Positions 1 through 9,760 of a DNA stretch of 32,369 bases are shown one piece after another. The DNA lies in NCBI GenBank assembly GCA_032718475.1, contig JAUCBJ010002068.1:1-32369 (forward strand), read 5' to 3'. The stretch's first letter is position 1. Every line of letters begins with the position of its first letter. The notes below the pieces were generated by a model that was not told the DNA's origin, did no database searches, and worked only from the letters and a program-made list of their open reading frames with translations. Source of the stretch: Nemertoderma westbladi (taxonomy: Eukaryota > Animalia > Xenacoelomorpha). The translations under genes and the position numbers were made by a program.

Positions 1-56
1 CTATACAATTTAAATCGATAACCTAACCTATTTTAGAATAGTTGTAGAAACCAACT

Positions 57-190
57 ATAATTAGTGTCTGTTCGAAAATGGAATACGGATATAATACCTG
101 AAGCAAATTAATGTGAATCAAGTTATACGTAATTTATTTGCTGAAGGTATTCTATATCCGTATATTCCGTTCTCGAACATACATTAATTA
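57..190. repeat. Imperfect inverted repeat / small MITE-like hairpin
   Basis: taattagtgtctgttcgaaaatggaatacggatataatacctgaagcaaat (~57-108) is an imperfect reverse complement of atttgctgaaggtattctatatccgtatattccgttctcgaacatacattaatta (~136-190). Confidence 0.6.
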
Positions 191-629
191 GTTTATAATT
201 TGTTCGAGTTTTTTGCTGAGGGTGGGTAAGAAATTAGTTACATTCATGCGCAGACGAGTTTTGCTGTACAGTACTTCAGTATTTATTAACATAATAATTC
301 AATTAGTTTGTGTGACAAGGCTGACGGACCGGTACGTGAGTTGTACGCGTCGCCGCGTCCGTGAGCTACTGAGCTGTCGACTTGTACAAATAGGCCGAAG
401 GCCGTTCAATAATAACTGAGTTACTGAATAACTAAATGTTAATAATGCAGTAATGGCAGTAATCTATAATAGCACAGTCTGAATATAATAACATGCAATA
501 CAACGGTTAATGACGACGGTCAAAACTATTCCGGTTTCACAACTATAAGGAGAACCAACTAAATCAGTAATTAGTAATCATAACGGTTATATCATTGACA
601 CATAATATTACATTAGTCCTACACTACAG

Positions 630-990
630 GGCGGCCTTAATATCCAATAGATGCGCTCCATTCACCCCCAATGTGCTTTCCCGCCCACTATTGGCTTAAC
701 CTGGGTAATTGTCACCTCACTACTCTCTGTTACCGTTATCCATTGGTGCTAGCCTTACTAGCTTGTTTCTCCCTCTGAGGTGGTTTGACCTCTCACCCCT
801 CTCTGTGGCTTGTGGCGTGTGTCGCCCCAGTTGGTTATGATGTGAGATTATTATTGGTAATCTCACATCGCCAACTACTGTATATTGGTAAAATGCCACT
901 AATCCCATTCTCGGTGGGTAGTGCATGGAATTGAATCCGCTTACAGTTTGTAATTATGTTCGATGCTCAACCACACACCCACACCCACTT
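630..990 (-). mobile_element. Possible tRNA-derived SINE
   Basis: Minus strand has an A-box-like gtgtggttgagca and a B-box-like ggattcaattcc, an internal 12-bp-stem hairpin (gatgtgagatta/taatctcacatc, ~839-869) and a tail (ggaaagcacattggg...gcgcatctatt) reminiscent of L2-type SINE tails; single copy in window. Confidence 0.3.
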
Positions 991-1059
991 TCCGCATATT
1001 ATTACATAATTCATCTTTGAAGTTTTGACTCAAAAGTCCCTTACGAAAGGTTATCTTCT

Positions 1060-1500
1060 AACCATTGTTGTCCGTCTCCAATGGTTGAATTCGCCTCTTC
1101 CCCACGGAGATACACTTGCACCATTATCATTCATAATTGTGGCTGAACCTATGTCCTTAGATCATCATAATGATGATGTTGGTTGATGATAACTCCACCT
1201 ACAGGCTCCAGAAGTCGAGGAAATCTTGCCAAGTACCTAACTGATCTAGACTTTGCTGATGACTTAGGAGTACTCTCAGAATCACTAGACGATCAGCTCA
1301 ATACAAAATTATAGTTCTAGTGTTGGTCGTTAACCACAAGAAGACCAAAGTTTTTGTAATTAAATTCGACGGTACCATAATAATCTCTAAGGATGGTATG
1401 CTTGAGCATGTGGACGACTTCTGTTACCTCGAATCATTGATCCGAAAGTCAGGAGAGGACCTTCGAATACGTAAGGGAAAGTCATGGACAGCATTAAATA
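1060..1500 (+). mobile_element. Degenerate RTE-clade LINE reverse transcriptase fragment
   Basis: Frameshifted translation gives HGDTLAPLSFIIV (QG motif), AKYLTDLDFADDLG (catalytic FADD) and LEHVDDFCYL..IRKGKSW. Confidence 0.85.
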
Positions 1501-2131
1501 GGATCGGCATGCTTGATTGCACCTGCATTATATATATATATTACATATATATTAAGAATACTGTGCCGGCTGGCCGACAAAAATGCGACGCCACAACTCC
1601 CTATCACCCATGGCATTTGCTAGATTATCGGCATCTTCAAGGCCAGTGTCCTTAACATTCGTCTCAGGAATGTTGCCCACCAAGCTTATTCGCTCCATGA
1701 GGGCGCGAAAGCACAAGATTTTGCACTGGCTGGTCCTCACGGCGAAGGCAATGTCCTGCAAAGCAGAGCCGGTTCCGTTCAAGTGTCAAGCTAGGGGAGA
1801 TTAATGGAACACCTCCAATGTTATATAGTGTCTGGTTGGAGATGTGTGCATTGTACTTGACCCAATGAACCCGGCGTAGCATTCTTGTGAATGTGCCATC
1901 CAGAGATTTGGTGTCCTCAGCAGTTAGAGCCCAGCATGGACTCCCATATAAGAGTATTGGTACTACTGCTGCCATAAATAATCGAACCATAAGGTTCCGT
2001 TTTATTCTTTGAGACTTCCAAATCCTGGACAGACTATTCAGTACTGCCAATTCCTTCCCCTTACGTATCCGAAGGAGGAACTTTCTGATCCCTGATCCGA
2101 AGTAGCAGAAGTCATCCACGTGCTCAAGCAA
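1499..2131 (-). mobile_element. 5'-truncated RTE-clade LINE 3' end
   Basis: ORF LEHVDDFCYFGS...PILLYGSPCWALT...LDGTFTRMLRRV...RLCFAGHCLRR, then frameshifted KDTGLEDA...DRELWRR; 3' UTR gcatgccgatcc shared with the copies at 8.0 and 14.7 kb. Confidence 0.9.
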
Positions 2132-2652
2132 CTGGTTATCTCCTGCATGGGTGTGATTAATCTTTGATCCATCGTCGACTGAGTCACCGTCTGTGTCCGT
2201 TCATGCCCATATCTTAGCAATTTCCCAACCAAATTTAATTTTTTTTACATTTTGGGAATCCTTGCGCGGCCAGCTTTCTAAAACAGTACCAACAAATAAC
2301 TATAAGGTTGAAGAATAACTTTGCAGTGTAACTGGTTCAATATTGACGGAGACACCGTTTTCAAACGTTATTTACGTCGGTGATCTACTGGTAAGGATTC
2401 TCTATAATTAATGTCATAAATATTATTTTTAACTTTATTTATTATTGGAAATTATATTAAATTAAATTAAATGTGTTAGACTTTTATATATTAATCAAAT
2501 TGAAGAATATATTATAGACACATTATGATTGTTCTTTTTATGGAATTTATTTTTCAATTGCGGTATTAATAGATAAATAACTACTCAATTTGGCAGCATA
2601 ATATTTCTGGGTACGGCGGTTTTCCGCTGTAAACCGCCTCCCTGGTTTAGCC

Positions 2653-3288
2653 ATGTATGTCCTATGTTTGCTGCTAATGATACCACTAAGCTCATGTATG
2701 GATTGCCCACACTACGGAAATTTAACCGTTACTTCAGCTAACGACGACCTCAGAAATGAATATAAAGAAAAAGCCAAGAAATTTCTAGAAAACGAACTAG
2801 ACGCGTTAACAGATGATTTGGTGGAAGTTCGGCAGAACTGCTCGCAGTGTGGGTTGGGAGGGATGTGTTTGGTGGGAACCAAAAGTGGTGAGGAAGTGAT
2901 GTTGCAGTGGGTGGGAGGCACCTGCATCCACCCAGATGATACGTTTTTCAGTAAATGCATCAATCTGGGAGAAAAGCAATGCGTTGCTTTCGCGTATCAG
3001 ATGGTTGAGCAAGCACCGGAAGGGATTCGATGGATGACACAATTCAGAGACATGATTGGTTCAGAAATGTCAATCTCATCTGAATCTTGTCAATCGCAAT
3101 GCTGCGATGATGGGCCATGCCCCGAGTTCACATGGGAGAATGAAATGACTACAGCTATGAGTAGCAGTGCTAGGCCTACTACCGATAATGGAGGTGAGGA
3201 GTCCAGCCCAAATGATGCTGATAATGTTAACTCATTGGGTCTTACAGTGATGGGGCTATATATAGCAGCGGTGGTATACTGCTATTGA
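2653..3288 (+). CDS. Secreted, probably GPI-anchored cysteine-rich protein, Ly6/uPAR (three-finger)-like
   Basis: 211-aa uninterrupted ORF: hydrophobic signal peptide, ~11 Cys ending in CCDDGPC (LU-type CCxxxxC), S/T/acidic linker, C-terminal hydrophobic tail (LGLTVMGLYIAAVVYCY). Plausible 5'-UTR intron 2391-2650 (ctg|gtaagg ... tttag|ccATG). Confidence 0.75.
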   Translation: MYVLCLLLMIPLSSCMDCPHYGNLTVTSANDDLRNEYKEKAKKFLENELDALTDDLVEVRQNCSQCGLGGMCLVGTKSGEEVMLQWVGGTCIHPDDTFFSKCINLGEKQCVAFAYQMVEQAPEGIRWMTQFRDMIGSEMSISSESCQSQCCDDGPCPEFTWENEMTTAMSSSARPTTDNGGEESSPNDADNVNSLGLTVMGLYIAAVVYCY

Positions 3289-3565
3289 AAACTAACTACA
3301 CATATTATTTTCAATTTCTATTTTCAATTCAATCAGCAAATCTGGTAGCGGTATAAGAAGACATTTATGAGTATTTAAATTCTTTAAATTTCCCCTTGGG
3401 AGTTGGGACATCTGTTATAATTATAATTAGCATTACAACCAGAAGATGATTTCAACAACAGCTGTTCAACTGTTTCAACATTATTCTAAGAAATATATAC
3501 TAGTAAATATATTATATGCGGTATTGGTCCAACAATCCAAAGCTAATAGAGTAAACTAGAATTAA

Positions 3566-4098
3566 TGGGACCATTACCCCACGTGAAAGTTAAGTTTTTG
3601 TTTAAAAAAGTTTACAATTTTCATATATTTTTGATTCACATCATCGTGTGATATTTTCATCACAAAATAGCACTTTTCAATTGAATTTATAACTGCTACT
3701 TTTTATCTATCTCAAATTATATGATCCCCAAAATATAGACCGAATATACAAAGCAATTATTTCAAAAACAATAATTTTTATGCTGAAATTTTCATAAAAG
3801 ATTGCTAACTATCTATTGTCAATTGTGCCAAAGTCTTGGACCGAGAATTGTAATCCAGGTGGTATTACTGATCCTTCTACATGATACTGTTTATTTTACA
3901 TACTGGTATAAAAGCCTGAAAATTAATATAATTTTTGAAAAAACCGATCTTCACAAAAAGTACCATATTTTTCCAACAACCGGGTTTAAGAAGCTATCCA
4001 TACTGAGTTTTCATAGTAAAAGATCACAGATCATTTTGTTACAATTTCAGAAGAGTAGCTTTATAAATAAAATGAATAGATTTCGTGCAATGGTCCAT
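3566..4098. mobile_element. Kolobok-like non-autonomous DNA transposon (MITE)
   Basis: TTAA flanks (3562-3565, 4099-4102) with short imperfect TIRs tgggaccatt / aatggtccat; AT-rich non-coding interior. Confidence 0.5.
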
Positions 4099-5375
4099 TT
4101 AATTTCTTAAAACAACGATTTTATTGTTAATCGATATCTTTTATACAATTTAATATTTCAATGGTAGTTTGCAGTTTGTCACTTATTTACTAAAATATTT
4201 AAAATACAATTAGCCAAAATTTACTCAAAATAGAGGCAATAATTGGTATTGTAGCTCGTTATCAAGTGTTTAAGATCATTAATTAATAGTGGAGTAGGGT
4301 AGCAACACAAAAAGGTGAAATTTTACAAGAAAGGTTCAAAATATTTTTAAGACCTGAAACAATTTAAGAAGAAAGGTTAAAAAAATGTTTATGATTGAGT
4401 TTTTGATGGTGGTTGTTTTAAAATAAATATTGTAATTAAAAGTATTATGATTCATTGTTTGTCTTTATTCTAACGTACTATAATATTATAATATTATTTT
4501 TTACAATAAGAAACACCCCCACTCGGGCTAAATATATAATATAATATTGGTAGTAGATATGTACGGTAGAATGTAGTTTAGATTACGTGAAAAATTATTC
4601 ACAACAACAATAAGGTGTATAATTCAATAGTAAATCGTAAATAATTAAGCCTACACTAAAAGTTTAATACAAATAATATATAAAAGGTATTATAATTAAG
4701 CTAGTGCACAGTTATTAATTATGGTAATAAATACAAAATACGACAATGCTATTAGGGCTAGTCGAATTTAATTGCTAATGGTAATAGTGACGCCTCTAAT
4801 TAATAATTTGATATTAATTTAAAATTTTAATTTCAATTTTTAAGAGATTAAATACTGTGAAAAATATAGTTCACATCCTAAAAGTGAATCTGGTGATGGT
4901 GTGTCTGTACGTTTTGGTAAGAATACCATCGCATAAGCTGTTTTCACCTACCAGTTTTAGTTCGAGGGTGGAGGGGGCTGAACTGATATGTGCAGTCTTA
5001 ACATGTTTGATATGATGGCAGGTTTTGTTTTATCCATAGGTCAATGAGGTTGGGTAGCGAATGGACCAATTTCTTCGAGACTATATGTTACCATGGTTGT
5101 ATTTTCATTCGGTATATTTTTAGGCCATATTATTATGAGGATACCAGTTTTATTACTGGGAGCTAAGCTTGGGATAGGAATAGCGCCCACCCCTACCCTC
5201 GGATAGCTCGGATCGCCTCCGGCTTCGACTGACTGTTGTTATCTTGCTTGCTTGCATTTATTAATTCATTCTAAAGTGTATTACTTATCTTTATTTGCAC
5301 TAACTACGTTCTTTCGTGAAACAAACCAGAAGCAAGCACACTGACTTTATTATACTTTGTTATATATTATACATA

Positions 5376-5588
5376 CTAGCTAGCAATACCCGGATCGGGT
5401 TACCCGGTATCCCGCCGGTACCGGTACGCCAGTACCGGTACCGAACGTTAATTAAACTTTTCGAAAAGTGGCCCATGAGCGCTCGTTTAAGTTATACACA
5501 CATGCCAAGTCCCAGCGCAATACCTCCGCCCGTTTTGCAGGAGTTCGAGCACAGAGAGAGAGAGAGAATGTGATTTTTATAGGTAGGG
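5376..5588 (-). mobile_element. Non-autonomous Helitron/HINE-like element
   Basis: Minus strand starts cctacctataaaaatc followed by (TC)n microsatellite and ends with a GC-rich palindrome cluster then CTAG-T. Confidence 0.5.
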
Positions 5589-5849
5589 GCCTACAGATTA
5601 TATAGTATAATTCATTTTCTACAATAAGTAAAGGAAAAGTCATCGCGGTGTCCTTGATACACAAAACTGCGGAGTCAACCCTAAGGCGCAACTCTCTTGG
5701 ATGTTACCTATAAGGCAGGAAGGACGCCCACGCCACCACACTAACACCCAAGAATGAACACTCCATAATTATCCAACCCTTTAATTACTTCCCTAGCAGA
5801 AGTCAGGGGCGTATTCATGAACACTCTAGTACCGCGAGATAACACTAGT

Positions 5850-6102
5850 TAGGTACACGGTAATACTGTAGGTTATCAGTAGACGTAGACTCTGCCGTCT
5901 CTGTAACAAAAATGAAGTGGAAGATGAGTATCATTTCCTACTGGTTTGTAACCGTCTTAAAGAAATAAGGCGAAAATATTTAGGGGTCTATTTTTCGTTT
6001 AATCCTGGATTAAATAAATTACACGAACTTGTTACTACCAAATCACAGGTGAAATTACTGAACTTAGGAAAATTTATTCTGTACGCAAATAAATTAAGAT
6101 AA
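5850..6102 (+). mobile_element. LINE ORF2 C-terminal CCHC zinc-knuckle fragment (RTEX-like)
   Basis: Translation RRRLCRLCNKNEVEDEYHFLLVCNRLKEIRRKYL = Cx2C...EDxxHFLLxC motif of non-LTR ORF2 C-termini. Confidence 0.8.
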
Positions 6103-6749
6103 GAGACAATAGGAATTTGATCTATTTAATACACACAGCAATTCAAGGCGGTTCGTGTAATTGAATTTATTTAATGCTATATAGTACTGTACATTATATC
6201 TAATTACAGTACTTTCACTCTCGCTTTCATGTGTACTGCTTAATCGCCGTTTTATGGATCAACTGAAATGGTGCAAATATACTACTGTGTTGCTTTGTAT
6301 TTAAGAGTCTGGCTGGCTGCATTGCAAAGTTGGTTGTTTATAAATTGTTTATAATTTGATTTGTTTGTTTGTTTGTGTATTATAGGTATAGTAGGCTTAC
6401 TTATATATATATATCATATTATTTTGTTGAGTTTATTGTTCAACTAGAACATTAATTTGTCACGGTTGTTTGCGAAATATAATATTAATTATTATCAACG
6501 GACTAGGAAAAATAGGAATTCTTGGAGCTATCGATGATGTAGTACCGGTACTAAATATAATGTTTAGTACCGAAGATTTAATTAAGATTGTTATTTAAGA
6601 AATGCCTTTGTATTACTCATACAATTAATTGTTGATTATTTTTAAATTTGGGACCCCTTTCAATCCGGTAAGCAGCCTAGTAAACCTATGATTCAAAGCT
6701 GCCTACACATGAACTACTACAGTTTAGGCCTACAGTGGATTTGAACCAC

Positions 6750-6915
6750 CATTGTCCCTTTGTTGTAAAAAGGGGCCCTTGTGCTCAAATCACACAGAGG
6801 AGGCCAATAGCCGATCACCTGGTAAGTGTCTCTGTTATTGGGTGCTGCTATGGTAACCCAACTCTTTGTTCTCTTGCTCTATTGTTCAGCAATAATGGCA
6901 CGCTCTGTATAAACC
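6750..6915 (+). promoter_or_regulatory. Candidate promoter/enhancer motif cluster
   Basis: Sox/TCF-type CATTGT/CTTTGTT/ATTGTT (6750, 6758, 6864, 6881), CCAAT 6804, E-box CACCTG 6816, RFX X-box-like GCTGCTATGGTAAC 6844-6857, TATAAA 6908; ATG at 7061 followed by G|GTAAGT donor at 7074. Confidence 0.3.
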
Positions 6916-7865
6916 AGATCTCTGGCATATTTTAAGATTATTGATCAGTTGAGGTTGTTAAATTTATTAAAAAAAAACTATGGTTACGTAACAATTTTAA
7001 AAGTTTTTAAATTTTTCGGTTTATTAAGTTTTGAGCTTTTAATACTCACTCAATACTGCAATGCCAACAAATGGTAAGTTTTATCATATTATCCATAATT
7101 TTATTAGTATATTAATGAGAAGTTACTTTCACATTATTTCATGTGAATGAGTCATATTATATTGATATATATATTTATTAGACAATATTATATGGAATAT
7201 ATTCCAATCTGAACATTTCGGAAATATTATTTATTCCAATTAAATAAATTATTTATGGCAGAGGGCCTATATAGAAAAAACAAAGGAATTAAAATTGGAA
7301 AATAAATAATAATTTACTGGATATTTTAATTATATTACGGCGATAATGAGTTGTTTCACCCTAACTAATACATTCTCAATGTAAACTTTATAAAAGTAGC
7401 GACATGTTTCAGTTTGGAGCCGTGCTTTAACACCCCACCCCAATTCCTGTTTCAAGGTTCCTTTTAACCCCGTGTTGTATCATACAGTAATATAATAATT
7501 CTAGGTTTTTGGCATACAGTAATGCATCTCAATTTAATTTCCTTAATGATTTTCATCTCGCATTCTTACCAAAGCTTTGTACTATTTGATTATTGGGAAA
7601 ATCCACACAGACTGATAAGAAAATTACATAAGGAATCATAACGGAGTGAAATTGAAATCCGTTATGGTAGGCTTATCCGGTAAAATCAATTTCCTCGAAT
7701 TCACATCCCCCCAGAGGTCGTGGGTTCTATCCCTCCAAACCAAGATATTTTGTGTTTTGGCACGAATGATTTAGTGACTTAGCGGCAACCAGGGACTGCG
7801 CATCTCTACTTCGTTCCTTAATGGACCTTAAATGAGTAGCAGGTGTCTCTGGGGAGTATAGTTCT

Positions 7866-7895
7866 GGGGGGGGGGGGGGGGGGGGGGGTGGGGGG
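7866..7895 (+). repeat. Poly-G tract
   Basis: ~30-nt G run with one T. Confidence 0.95.
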
Positions 7896-7989
7896 CTATA
7901 CGGGAAATGAGTCATGCGACGTGCCGCCATCACCTGCCAACTCATCTTTGTTGCTTTAATTATCAGTTGCTTTAAACTGCCTTCAGCTC

Positions 7990-8305
7990 CTGCAAGACAT
8001 TGCTTTCGCCGTGAGGACCAGCCAGTGCATAATCTTGTACTTTGGCGGCCTAATGGAGTGAATAAGCATGGTGGACAGCCCATGACTTTCTTGAGACGCA
8101 TCTTAAAGGACACTGGCCTTGAAGATGCGGATGATCTAGCAAATGTCATGGGTGATAGGGAGTTGTGGCGGTGCAATTTTGTCGACAAGCCGGCACGGCA
8201 TTCTTAATCACGCTTCTTAATCTCCATTATTGACAAGCCGGCACAGCATTCTTAAAAATGCAGCTGCAATGCAGCATGCCGATACTAGTACTACTAGTAG
8301 TAGTA
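7990..8305 (+). mobile_element. 5'-truncated RTE LINE insertion with TSD
   Basis: Encodes HCFRREDQPVHNLVLW...DRELWR; (TAG)n tail; flanked by direct repeat GCCTTCAGCTC (7979-7989 and 8306-8316). Confidence 0.9.
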
Positions 8306-8385
8306 GCCTTCAGCTCAGTTTACTGACTGGAGTTTTAAACCAATAAATTGAAATTAAATTGAATTGGTGTAATACGGATTACTAA

Positions 8386-8663
8386 AGGCCTGTTGACGGC
8401 AACTTGAAGGAATTTGCGTTGGCGAATTAAAGCGGGATAATAAAGTAAATTATCAAAAACTAGCTAGTAGATAAAATTACCCTATTTTACAGTCAAACTA
8501 GCCAAGTTGCTCTAAAAGTTGCCGGCCAAGTTGCTGAAAAAGTTGCTGGTAAAGTTGCTGGTAAAGTTGCCACGTGTAAACAGCGATTAAATTAACTTGC
8601 TCCAAAAAAAGTTGCTATTTGCCGAGAAAGTTGCTCTAAAAGTTGCCACGTGTAAACAGGCTC
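8386..8663. mobile_element. PIF/Harbinger-like MITE
   Basis: Ends aggcctgttgacggcaact / agttgccacgtgtaaacaggctc flanked by TAA/TTA; internal repeated AAAGTTGC motifs. Confidence 0.55.
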
Positions 8664-8837
8664 TTAGTCCTCATTTCTCATACGGTCATATGCCTGTCTT
8701 CCTGTATACTGCTGTCACAGTTATTATCATTATGTTTCGCTTATCCCCCTTCAGCCCTGGGAGCAACAACACTTGCGTCATGCCTAGAGCATGGGGACGC
8801 AAATGTGCGTCATGTGTTCCCTTGTGTTGTACTGGGC

Positions 8838-9200
8838 TACTATCACACCCCGGTCGTTTGTAGGTTTTTTACTACCATACCCCGGTCGTTTGTAGGTTTT
8901 TTACTATCTTACTATCACACCCCGGTCGTTTGTAGGTTTTTTACTATCACACCCCGGTCGTTTGTAGGTTTTTTACTACCATACCCCGGTCGTTTGTAGG
9001 TTTTTTACTACCATACCCCGGTCGTTTGTAGGTTTTTTACTATCTTACTATCACACCCCGGTCGTTTGTAGGTTTTTTACTATCACACCCCGGTCATTTG
9101 TAGGTTTTTTACTATCATACCCCGGTCGTTTGTAGGTTTTTTACTATCACACCCCGGTCGTTTGTAGGTTTTTTACTATCACACCCCGGTCGTTTGTAGG
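8838..9200. repeat. 32-bp minisatellite (11 copies)
   Basis: Unit cccggtcgtttgtaggttttttactatcacac; two units carry an extra 8 bp (40-bp period). Confidence 0.95.
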
Positions 9201-9361
9201 CTGCCGGCGGAACCAACAACATAGTAACCCCCCTATCAGACGGTCAGCCGTACACAGTGCCGGATGAACCTGCAACTGCCAGCAACAGCAACAACTTATT
9301 TGTTATAACGGCCTTTTATTTTTTTTACTTTCCGCACTCATCGCCTCTAACATAAGGATAG

Positions 9362-9603
9362 TGAAATAATGACTATTAATTTATCACTCCTGACTGTCCG
9401 ACATATATTCAATCAGATATATTTTAGATAACACAATTACACCGGTAGGCATGATATACCGGTTACAGAGTACTACAGTACTGCAGTACCACGGTACAGC
9501 AGTAGACTTTTCTGCACTTACGGTCCGGACAGATTACCATTAGAAACCGTCATTACTTACTCTCTTACTTCAAGGCCTCTTAGGTCCAAGGGTGATCCTA
9601 ACA
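9362..9603 (-). repeat. 3' LTR (242 bp)
   Basis: Identical by eye to 14229-14466 except for a 4-bp indel (cagatatattttag vs cagatattag). Confidence 0.97.
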
Positions 9604-9616
9604 ATCTCCCCCTTTC
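9604..9616 (-). other. Polypurine tract
   Basis: Minus strand GAAAGGGGGAGAT directly precedes the 3' LTR. Confidence 0.9.
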
Positions 9617-9760
9617 TGTATTAATTAAGAAGACAATGAGTTAGTAATATATACTTGAGTTATAAATCAAGTAAGGATTATATAGTTTTAAACTGAAAGT
9701 TAATTTAAGTTTCCAGTTGTATATTAATACTGTGAGTCAGGTCAGTTTAGTTTAAATAGT

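Noticed and set aside
8838-9200. CRISPR-like regularly spaced repeats
   Set aside because: Units are contiguous with no unique spacers, no cas genes, eukaryotic context
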